64,000 bases of DNA from Glaucostegus cemiculus. Taxonomy: Eukaryota. Location: assembly GCA_976551045.1 (NCBI GenBank), contig CDPCPM010000418.1, forward strand, positions 744,001 to 808,000, given 5' to 3'. Below, in pieces: positions 36,692-48,600 of this stretch. Each line of letters starts with the position of its first letter. Position 1 is the first letter of the stretch. The notes beneath the pieces are model-generated. The model did no database searches, was not told the DNA's origin, and saw only the letters and a program-made list of their open reading frames with translations. The position numbers and the translations under genes were made by a program.

Positions 36692-38049
36692 ATTTATCTT
36701 TTTAACTTGTGTTTCACTTCAATTTTGAGTGCTGCAGTGGTAGCTCTTGCTGCAAAGATGCAATAGCTTCCAAATTAAACTTTGTCTTTCAAACTGCCTT
36801 GTTCATGAGAGACAGGCTCAACCTAGGGTCATTAGCTGCAGTTGAGCACATATCTGGGAGGTTTTATCAGCCTTGTCAATCCATGGAACTTTTTTTTATC
36901 TTCCAAGTTTCTTTATTACTTATAAAGACTGAAGTGTTGGGAAAAAAATGAGAAACAAACATACCATTTTTTGATAGCCATACAACTTTGCTCCCTTTGT
37001 TTGCAGATGATGGAGTCTTGTAAATTAATCTATAGTTCTTTGGAACAATTCTAGATGGTTGACACCAAGACTCAGCTGAAGTTTATCTGTGACTCTTTAA
37101 ATCATACTTTGAGTAAAAAGATAAATTTCATATTGTTGAATGATTTTGGGTTAATTCCTGCTCTGAAGGCACAGAGGAATTTTGTAAAAACTTACTAAAT
37201 GATAAAATGGGAAATGATTGGTTTTATACTTTAGTGCAATTTTTTATTCAAATGAGGAAGGATTTGCATGAATTTGATGGTAGGTGGTTACCTTTTGTAG
37301 TTTGGGTAACTTTTTAACCATCTCAAATCTAAAGACAAATAGTAAAAAGGGAAGATTTCATGAAGTTTAATGGCTTGCAGAATGTCTTAATATTTTAAAG
37401 GAAGTACTTGGTTTAGACTGGGCCAGGCAAATCCAAAGTATTGATTGCCCGGTCCAGCCATACAAGGAAATTCTGGGCCAAATCACAGATGCAAGGTATA
37501 TGTTGGAAAACACTCAGTCTCCCATTACCACTTTGGATCCAGTTCTGTGCACGCCCCAACTTGTATTACTCTTCAACTGGTGGCTTCAAATTCAGCTGCT
37601 AAGGCCCTCAGCCCTGGAATTCATTCTCTAACTCTTTACATCACTAACTCTTCCTTGTATAACAATCCTTAAAAGCTATGATATCTCCTTATGAGACTCA
37701 GTGTCAAACTCTGTGAATACTGTGGAATGCTATATTACCGTAAAGGCACTAAATGTTGTAAGAAAAACAAGAAGAAAGGGTTTGTTATCAAAATGGCAAA
37801 AAAATTGCTAGATACTAATGAAATGCACTGTTGAGCTCTTCATGAAATGCAAGGATACGCAAGTAAAGTTTGCAAGTGATATTTCTGCCACAAAACAGTA
37901 GATGTGTCACAACAGGGATCATGATGCATAATTAAGGTAGGTACAACCTCTGAGGAGATTCAGCTTTATTAAATTCCTCCTTCCATCCCTCCATGCCACC
38001 CAAGTGGTATCTAATTAATTGAAATTGTTTTAAGAAGAGATGGTTCTTT

Positions 38050-40200
38050 ACACTGTGCATTCTTATCCTTATCTACAGCTATCTTAAAACTTAAGGAGTT
38101 GTGGTCACTGTTCCATTAACTGTTCTCCCACTGAGAGATCAGTCACCTGGCCAGGCTTGTTACCCAGCACCAGGTCCAGTACTGCCCCTCCTCTTGTCAG
38201 ACTATCTACATATTGATTAGGTGCAACCCTCCTGGATGCACCTGGATTCTGCCCTGTCTAAACCTCTTACACTAAGGAGATCCCAGTTTACATTAGGGAA
38301 GTTGCAGTCCCCCACAACAACAACCCTATTAGTTTTACACCTTTCCATAATCTGCATATCTATTTCAGTGACTATTGGGGGGCCTGTAGTATAAAGATTG
38401 CATCTTTCTTATTTTTGAGTTCTACTCATATAGATTCAGTGGACGAGCCCTTCACTGTGTCCCTCTGAGTGCAGCTGTGATATTCTCCCTGGGGTGGTGG
38501 TGGAGGCTGTTACATTGGTCAAGTTCAAGAGATTCTTAGATAAGCATATAGAGGAATTTAAAATAGAGGGATACGTAGGAGGAAGGGGTTAGATAGTCTT
38601 AGGTGTGGTTAGAAGATTAGCACAACATGGTGGGCCGAAGGGCCTGTATTGTTCTATAGTTTTGGGAGTTGCACTACTTCCATTCTTTTACGTCCCTCTC
38701 CATCTTTTCAAAAAGATCAAAACCCGGGAACATTAAGCACCCATTCCTGTTCCTCTCTCAACCAAGTCTCTATTATGTCACAACATCATAGTTCCATGTA
38801 CTGATGCAGGCTCTAAGTTCATTCATCACCCTTACCCATAATACTCCCAGCATTCAAATACACACTCTTCAAACTGTCCATCCCATCGTGTCTACTACTT
38901 TGCTCTGCCTGTTTTTACTGGGCCTGACATCTACCTTCCTCTCAATCCCTCCACTTTCTGACCCTGTGCTCTGGTTCCCATCCCCCTACAAACTAATTTA
39001 AACCCTCCTGAGTAGCACTAGTGAACCTTCCAGCCAGGATTTTGGTTCCCCTCCAGTTGAGGTGCAACCCATCCTTGTTGTACAGGTCACCCCTACCCCT
39101 GAAGAGGTTCCAATGATCCAAGAACTTGAAACTTTGTCCCCTGCATCAGTTCCTCATTCATCTGTTCTATCATCCTATTCCTACCCTGCCTAGCACATGT
39201 CACCGGGAGTAAGCCAGAGGTCCTTGGAGGTCCTGCTCGCCAGCCTCTTTCCTAACTCCCTATACTCACTGCACAGGACCTCTTCCCCTTTCTACCTACA
39301 TCATTGGTGTCAACATGCACCACAACCTCTGGCTGCTCACCCTCTCCCTTGAGAATATTCTGCAGCCACTCAGACATCCTCAACCCTCACACCTGGGGAA
39401 TGGGGGGGTGGGGGATGGTGCAAACACACCATCCTGGTGTCTCTTTCGTGGCCACATAATCTCCTGTCTGTCCCCATAACCGTCAAGTCTTCTATCACTA
39501 TTGCTCTGCCTGACTTTACCCTTCCCTGTTGAGCCACAGAGTCAGCCACAGTGCCAAAGACATGGCTGCTGCTGTGCTCTGATAGCTCACCAAAGGGGCA
39601 TACTTGTTGCCGAGGGGTATGACCACAGTGAACCCTGCACTGACTGCTTATTCCCCCTACTTCTCCTGGTGGTCACCCATTTATCTGAAGCCTGTACCCT
39701 GGGTGTAACTACCCCAGTAAAAGTCTCATCTGTGAGGTTTTCAGCTTCCCAGATGGCCTTGAGTACATCCAACTCCAGTTCCAGTTCCTTGACCTGGTCA
39801 GTCAACAACTGGGTGCACTTCTGGCAGGTATAGTCACCAGGGAGACTGAGGTTCCCTGACATCCCACATCTTACAGGAGGAGCATTCCACTGCTCTAACT
39901 ACCATCCTGCCTACATTGAATCAAAGACTAAGGATTTACAGACAACAAAATAAAGACCTTACCTGTTCTTACCTATGCCTTCTTACTGAGACCCTTTGTC
40001 AAAAGAGCTGCTCAACTCCCCTCACTTAGGTCACTTACTGAGCCTCTTCTCACTGAACCCACTTGAGCCAAATCCTCAATCCTTCTCCCTCTAACACTGA
40101 GCTACTCCAATAATAGCCACTCCATTTAATCCTAGCTTGTTTTTATTGGCCACTGCTAATTAGCCAATTATTACTAACAATATGCAAGTGTGCCTCTTTA
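38050..40200 (-). mobile_element. CR1 LINE 5' half (ORF1 plus APE endonuclease), with a + strand CR1 3' piece inserted at about 38490-38660
   Basis: ORF1-like YTCQKCTQLLTDQVKELELELD (Zn knuckle and coiled coil). APE remnants read WNYDVV...WL, VVVGDCNFPNVNW and VLDLVLGN. Confidence 0.75.
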
Positions 40201-40435
40201 AGAGTCCTGCTCACTGAAAATGAACACCAAGCACAGAGACTCACCTGAATGTTGCACAGCTCCAGTGAACCCAGTTTGATTCTGACAGTCCATGTGGAGT
40301 TTGTATTGGTTTCCCCCCAGTGCTCCAGTCTCCTCCCACCTCCAAAAGGTGCGCTGGCTTGCAGATTAATTGGCCACTGTAAGTTATCCTCAGTGTGAAA
40401 GGGTGGCAGAAGAATCAGGGGATGGAGGTAGTGAA

Positions 40436-40693
40436 TGGTATTGGGTTATTATTGTCACTTGTACCGAGGTACAGTGAAAAGCTTATCTTACAAACTGATT
40501 GTACAGGTCAATTCATTACACAGTGCAGTTACGTAGTTAGTACAAAGTGCATTGATGATGTACAGTAAAAACAGTGAAAGTGCAGTGCAATAAGGTGCAA
40601 GGTCACACAAGGTAGAACGTGATGTCATAGACCATCTCATTGTATAAGGGAACCGTTCAATAGTCTCACCACAGTGGGGTAAAAGCTGTTCAT
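40436..40693 (-). mobile_element. Rex/Babar-like LINE 3' tail
   Basis: Nearly identical to the tail inserted at 19463-19710. Confidence 0.7.
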
Positions 40694-40945
40694 GTGAGGA
40701 GGAGGGAACTGCGTAATAAGTGGGGGAATGGGACTAAAGGGATTGCCATGAAAGCTGGAATGGATGTGATGGGCCAAAAGGTAAATACTTTGACAATCAC
40801 TCTGAGTAAAATTTTAAATTATGAACATGATAATAGATTGCCACATGCACTGAAAATGGTGATAAGGTCCAAACAGTAGGTACTCCAGCATTATGACAAA
40901 GCTTACATTTAGTATTCTGGACTCAAGCCAAGATTCTGGACATGG

Positions 40946-41250
40946 AAGATAAGATAATATATTTATTTATTAGTCACATGTACATCGAAACACACAGTGA
41001 AATAAGTCTTTTTGCATTGCTAAGAGTGTGCTGGGGGCAGCCCTCAAGTGTCACCACTCTTCCAGCACCAACACAGCATGCCCGCAGCTCCTAACCTGTA
41101 CATCTTTGGGATGTGGGAGGAAACCGGAGCACCCGGAGGAAACCCACGCAGACACAGGGAGAACATACAAATTCCTTACAGGCAGTGGCAGGAATTGAAC
41201 CCAGGTCGCTGGCGCAGTAAAGTATTATGCTAACTGCTATTCTACTGTGC
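40946..41250 (-). mobile_element. V-SINE (HE1-like) just downstream of the ANKK1 stop
   Basis: Same head, core and tail as the copy at 4583-4859. Confidence 0.8.
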
Positions 41251-41331
41251 TCCAATAGATTTAATATCCCCAACATCTTGTTTACTAACTTTGAAGTTTT
41301 TCTGAGTTTGAAAGACACATAACAAAGTAAG

Positions 41332-42626
41332 TTATGAATTAGCTTTTGACGATTCTTCGGCTGTGAGTACACTGACCACACTGTGTTTCCGATGTTTCAC
41401 AGCTAACTGAAGGGGAGTGTTCTGATTCTCATCCCTAGCCTTCAAGTCAGCACCGTATGTAATCAGCGTCTTTACAATGGTTACACCACCACTCAGAGCT
41501 GCCAAATGCAGCGATGTCCACCCAAGTCGACTGACGGCATTAACATTGGCTTTGTGATCAAGCAACTTCATAAGACAGTGGAGTCTGCCTCTGTGGGCAG
41601 CAATGTGCAGTGCTGTCCATCCTGATGCTTCAGTAGCATCAGGATTGGCACCTCTTTCTAGGAGCTCAGAGACAACTTCCTCTTGGTTGTAGCAGGTTGC
41701 CAGATGTAAAGGAGTCCATTCACTGTCTCCACTGACATTAAGGTCAGATAAACTATCAATCAGAAGTCGTACTGTTGTTATTTGACCTTTCAAAGCAGCA
41801 AGATGCAGGGGTGTCCAGTTTTGCAAGGACTTTTGATTGACATTAGCTCCGTGCTTCAGGAGGTGCCTGCAGATACCTGTGTGGCCATTCAGTGCTGACA
41901 AATGCAGAGGGGTGTAATGAGAGCGGTCTAGACAATTGATATCAGCTCCACTGTTCACCAGCAGCCTTGTGACCCTGAAGAAACCCCGCTCAACCGCTAC
42001 ATGGAGGGGAGTCTTCAGGCCAATCTGTGCTTCATTGAGATCAGCTCCTTGACCAATCAGTAGCTTCATGATGTTGTAGTGACCATAATAAGCGGCGAGA
42101 TGAAGAGATGTGCGACGATCTGTCTCCTGTAAATTGACATTGGCCTGTCGAGCGAAGAGCACCCGGATTATGTTCTCATGGCCGTTCTGAGATGCCAGGT
42201 GGAGAGGTGTCCACCCGTCATGCTCCTTTACATTGATGTGGGCATCCTTGTCCAAAAGCAGCCGGGCAATGCGCTCATCCCCATTTTGAGAAGCAAAATG
42301 TAGAGGTGTCCATTTGTCTTCATCCACTAGATCCACTTGAGCTCCCTCCTGGATTAATAACATGCACAGATCCACAAGACTTTTCTGTACGGCTAGTATC
42401 AGAGGCGTGACCCCTCTGGATGTTTGAGCATTTACAGAGCCTCCGTATTTCAGTACAAGCTGAACAAACTCCATATCTCCAGTGAGAACAGCCAAGTGCA
42501 TCAAAGTGTAGTCTTCAACAAAGCTCAGGGTAACATGTTCTTTTTTGAATATTCTCTTCAAATTACTGATGTCTCTTTCCAGTAGAGATTGTAACAGCTC
42601 CCTTCTAGAATCAATGGAGACTTCAC
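41332..42626 (-). CDS. ANKK1: ANKK1 last exon, about 12 ankyrin repeats
   Basis: Lies within ORF 41332-42702 with TPLHLA-type motifs at 33-aa spacing; acceptor ttattgtag|GT GAA. Confidence 0.95.
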
Positions 42627-45600
42627 CTACAATAAGTAGATAAGAATGTAAGAAATAGAAGCAGCGATCAGCCAATGCAATACCTGGAGCCCTCTCTGTC
42701 ATTCAATATGATCCATAACAAAAACAGAAAATGCTGGGGACAGTCAGATGGTTAGACAGCATCTGTGGAGAGGGAAACAGAATCAATGTTTCAGGTCAAT
42801 GACACTCCCTGAGACAACAGTCACTGACCTGAATTTGGTACATTAATCCACAACACATTTTGTGCTTGCCAGCGAAACAAGTGAAGCACAATGAAGCAGG
42901 AACAAGTTTTACCGAAAGATGTTTACAGCAAAGAACTGTATGAAAAGAGTGGCCTAAGTTTTTATCCATGTAGGTTTGGAGTTAGTACTTTGACAACTAC
43001 ATTTTGAGAATGAAATTTCACTCCTGTGAACAAACTGTGAGGAACACTGACCATACTGCAAGGAAGAAGGACAACAGGAGACTATTCAACCAGATCAGGG
43101 TTTATTTGCATCTTAATTCTGTTGAGTAGCCTTGGTCCTGAAGCCCTCAGTATCTCTACCCAACACTAATGTATCAATTACAGTTGTAAACTCTGGCTTC
43201 AAGCTTCAATAGTTTGAAGGGAAACTGCTCGGTGTGAAGGAGGGCTGTTTGACTTATAAGGAGTGGATCTAATATTATAGATTGCAGCTTCTTACATAAG
43301 CCTCCCTCCTTCCCACATAGCAGAAGGTATTGCTTTTCCATATCTATCCTTTCAATCTTAAAGCATGCATAAGTGTCCTGTAATTAAAAACGGTGAATGC
43401 TAGATATACTTAGCAGGTCAAGCAGCATCTGTAAAGAGAGAAACAGTTAATACTTCCAGTCATTGATCTTCCATCAATGCTGCCTGACCTGCTGAGTATT
43501 GACAGCATTTTCTGCTGCATTTAATCTTTCCAACATACACGGTTTCTGTCAGCCAAATCAGCCAAGAGCACCCAGATAAATTGTCATTCAGCCACTGACT
43601 TGCAGACTGTTCTCTGTGATGGTCCCAGGCCTAATTTCTGAACCCTACCTCATCATAAATTCTTACATGTAGAAGGCAATTTTGATCCAATTAGCAGTTA
43701 GAAGCCAGCAACAGGGCTGTTGAAATGCACTTGTGACTTAGCCACTACCTCCCTCACCTTAATTTCTCCCCAGCGTAGTCCTGATTTTAACTAGCACTTT
43801 TGCAGAATTAGCAAAGCACCCAGTTTGTATATCAGGGTTGATGAAGTCATTGAAACCTGACTACAGTCTTTGTCATTGGAAGCTGACTGCAATCTTTGTC
43901 ATTGGAAGCTGACTGCAATCTTAAACCCAGTCTGAGCCGGGGGAGACCGTTCTTAGATTTGTGTCAGATCAAGACAGTCAGGGGCGATTTCATGTAGAGT
44001 TCATTTTCCTCAATTTGCTTCACAGAGACGGAAAGAACAGGAGTTTTGTTTGATAAATTGCATAGTTTATGGCTTTAAATTTAAATGAGATGGGATGCCT
44101 CAGACTGCGACAACTCCACAGATATAATCTATACAGCACTTCAAGACAATGAAAAATTAGCCTGGGATTTGGTCAACATCCAGCTTAACCTCTGGTCTTT
44201 CCCAAATGGCCTAATTTAACACTTAAATTGAAACTGAGTCTAGGAAGTTGACAGTCTTTGCAAGCAGAAAAGCTTTCAATTCAGGCACTGTGAAGATAAA
44301 GAATTCTTCAGAATAATAAAAAGCCACCCAGGAGAGTAAAGTTAGCCTAGAATGTTAACCATTAACAAGAATGTGAACGGCAAATTGAAACCATATTTTT
44401 ATAATTTGCTTTCAGGCAGAGCTTAACCGTACTGTTGATGGAACGGAGGGCAGACGTGGAAACTTTCTCTTTGCTTCTCTCTCCACAATGTGCCTGAGGT
44501 GTTGAGCAACCTCTGTATTTACTTCAGATTTCTAGCACCTGCACTTTTCTTTTGCTTTTCAATTGATTTATAATTATATTTTTGCCAAAATTATTGTAGT
44601 TAATTACTAGATTGACCCGCAGGGATGTATAGAAAACCTTAAAGAAAGGAAACGGACAGAGCAAGAGTACATGGAGCAGGAGTTGGCTTTGCAGAAGTTT
44701 CTCCTGCATGCTCCACCACTCAATAATGTAATTCACCAGTCCTTTACCTTATCTGTTTTCCTGCCTGAGCTCAAGAATTTCTTTATCACCTTAGTGTTAA
44801 AAAACATATTGTCCTCAACCTTAAGTGAACTGAACAACTCAGTATGCACAGTCCTCTGAAATGCAAAATTCCAACGGTTTATAACTCTCAGAATTTGCTC
44901 CTCTACTCATTCCTATATAGTGATCCCTTATCCCATGTCCCCTCATTCTACTCTCTCCAGCCTGAGGAAACAGTACCTATCCTGATAAACCCACTCAAAA
45001 TCTTCTATCCTTTATTAAGATTACCTTGAATGCTTCTAACCACTACTGTATAATAACTGGTCTTACTTTACCTCTCCTCATAGAGCAATGCCTTCAACCC
45101 AGAAGTGTTGCTTCTGTACAAATATTTAACTGAGTGTGTTTGGATGTCTTGTCAAAAGGAGGTATCTCAGCCTGCCATTAGACCTTACAGTGGATTCACA
45201 TTGCCAATGTGTACAAATGCAACCACACACAATTAGATAAATACACGCATCAGGATATGAATTAATATTAGTTTCCAGTCTACCTTCCACCTAACTCCTC
45301 ACTGAAATGACTACCTTTAACGTGTAAACAAAGTCATTAAATGTCAGCAAGCTGTCTGGTCATTTGAGTAGAGGAGGGGTGGAGAGGGGTTTAATTAAGA
45401 TCAAATCCATTTCTGTGTTCATCTAGATATGAACAGCTTACACTCAAGGTCATAAAGTCAGGACAATATACATGTGAACAAGGAATGCACATATCCTGTT
45501 ACTAGGATTGGAAAGGCATACAGTTGAAGAGGTATGATAGTTCTATAGTTACTATAATGGACTAACATCTCAAGTGATGCCAACTCCAATCCCATCATTA

Positions 45601-48600
45601 TACCATCAGATATTGTTTACAAAGCCACTTCTCTAATATCATTCAATCTGAAGAACCTGCTACCCCATACTTGAGCATAGCCCACGGTATATGGTTGACT
45701 CTTCATGTCTTTTGAATTAATATAACACATTGCATTTGTTTTTAGAAACTTGAGCAGTACTACCATAGGCAAACTGACCTACCAGCACTCCCCTCAGTCA
45801 GAGAAGAAATAAACAAGAAATTCATACCAATTTAGAGCACTGTATCTGTTAAATTCTAAACCTCGTGATTACAGAGATTATGTTAGGATGCAGAGTTTGG
45901 AGAATGTTCCAGGTTTGCCTATGTTAACCATGTTGAAGCATCATCATTAAGGACTGGTCAAAATCGCCCATCAATTACAAATGACCATTCAAGACAGCCA
46001 TTTTATGGTGATGACATTTCTTCCAGTCATTTTTCCTCAATTTCCTTAATATGTAATGTCACAATTTTATTTATTTTATAAATGTTTTACTATTCTTCAT
46101 CTTTTATTGGTTAATATTTTCTCTCCTGCTTTCAACAGCTCTACTCCACCTAAGCACAGCCACAATGTATAATTACAATGTTTCAATGTATAATTACATT
46201 GGATCTTGTGATCCAAGATCTTGGACACCAAGAGGTACCTTGGTGCAAACCATACATTTCCACTCACCTGGCCGTGGACCTTTGGCATCAGATGACAACC
46301 ACTCAGTCTCTGGAGAATGTATACATACTCACCTATGCTATCAGTCCCCGACAACAGACTCAACTTCAGCAATTCATAATTTGCAATCTCTGCAATTATT
46401 GTTCCATTCTATGGAAAATGAGAAAAGGAAGGTTGATTAACTGCTAGGAAATTCTACACCTTAATTCATTCAAGAACTATTTAGTAAGTCCCATATCATC
46501 TTGTAAGTGCCAAGTGTTTGCCAACTAAATTACACTTCATAGTAACAATGTCAATATTGAGGTATGCAGCCACCTAATTCACCCAGTCCACTGTCTGCAC
46601 TCTCTACGTGATCAATTCTCCCATAACTAGAACAAAACTACAAGCTTGGTCTTAGTGTAGCAACAAGTAAACCATCAGAAACAATGGTTTCATCTAAATT
46701 CCTGAAATTCATATGGGTGAAACTATGGCATAGATTTGGACAGAATAGGACAGGCCATGCAATCCTACTTGTAGGATTTTTAGCTGGCTCTGACTACTGG
46801 AACGCTCTACTAACCAGAGGAGTACCTTCATCAGAAGGGTTGCAACAGTTGAAGAAGGGTGGCTTGTCACCACCTTCTCAAGGGCGGTTAGGGATGGTCA
46901 ACAGATCCTTACCATTCCAGGGGCACACATATTCTAAAAATTAATAGATAAATTAGCTATCCTTTCTCACCTTATTTCGTCTCACTGACAGCATATCCTA
47001 ACTGGTAGAAGCAAAAATATTCAATCCCTGCCTTAGTTGTGGTATAGTGGCTAGCACTCTAGCTTCTGAATCGGATAACTGTGGATTCTGTCCTGCTCCA
47101 CACACCTAAGCTTTAATTTATCCCAAATTTAACATTTAAAAGAAAGACTATCCCAATTATATCTGTGGGATCATACTATGTACAAATTACGTGCCCAATT
47201 TCATCCATTACAACATTTGCCGTGAAACACTGGGGCTCAATCTAAGCTGTTTAAGGGTTTCTATTAATACTAGTTCATTTTTTCTTTCTCAACACAAATT
47301 CTTAAGAAGAAGCTATTATTAAGGTAAACAACGTCATTGAAGATCAGCATACGTGAAAGCTGCTTTGTGGTGACCGAGGAGTCATCTTTGATTTCTCAGT
47401 TGTCTTATTGGCTTGAATGTCTGGGTATTGTAAAAGGCCACACAATATTTCAGTTTCCACAATGATTTCTAGAAAGGAAATGTTTAAAAATTAACTATCT
47501 ATCTATTAATAAATTAAAAGCAAGAAAACTGGAAATACTTAGTAGGCCAGACAGCACTTTAGGAGGGAGGTACAAAGTTAAGATTTTAGGTTGGTGATCT
47601 TTCATCAGGGTGCACCGATGATAGGTCATTAACCTGAAACATTAACTCAGTTCGTCTCTCCACATTCTGCCTGATGTGTTCATCATTTCCAGCATTTTCT
47701 GTTTTTACTTAAGGTTTCCTGCATTTGCAGTTTTTTGGTTTTCAATATTAATTTGAATTTCCTGAAAATGATCAGCTCATAATTGACATGAATGTGAATC
47801 TAAGGCATATTTCTCTCCAAGCAATTTTCAGGATATGTGGTTTACACAAGTTTTATACTGAAACATGCTCCACATGAATGCCTTCAACAGTTTCTGCTTC
47901 TGCAAGTTATGTCCCCACGAATCTCATTAATACATCTCTGCTTCCACACAAAGTCGAAAAATGTCCCCAAATCTCTCTTTCTGCTATAAAATGGCAAATT
48001 ATTTTGCAACATTTTTAAAAACTATTTTTCATCACTAAGATCTAGACTGTATTTTGCTTTGAACACTTCTTTTAATGAATGTCTATAAAATCTTTAACAT
48101 AAAACTATTAAAAACACACACCCTTATCTAAACCTGCTGCATTTGATGTACATAAATCCTGAACTTAAGGTAGAGACACAATGTATGTTCAGTGTTTTCC
48201 TTGTGTCTTTGCTTGTTTTATTTCTGGGAAATATTGACATAGAATGCTATTTGCAAAAATGCCAATGATATTGCAGTTTGATTCCAGAGTTCATCAGGAC
48301 AAGGAAGTGCTGACCTTTACAAACTTGTTTAGGCGATAATAATGTATCATGAATTTTTTCCCCTCCCACTTTCTTTGCTCCACCATCAGTGGCCATGACT
48401 TCAGTCCTCTAGAGCATAACCTCCGAGACTCACTCCCCAAACCTCCACGGCTATTTGTTGGTCAGGATCTTGGTCATCTGTTATATTACCTCCTTCTCTC
48501 GCTCTGCATCAACTCATTTCATCTCACTAGGGTCTGTGAAGCATCCCTCTTGGCTCCTACTAAAGACATTATATCAGAGAGTCATTGAGTCATACAGCAC

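Noticed and set aside
42627-42702. N-terminal 25 aa of the 456-aa ankyrin ORF as a stand-alone gene start
   Set aside because: It lies upstream of a good splice acceptor and overlaps repeat-derived sequence, so it is intronic.
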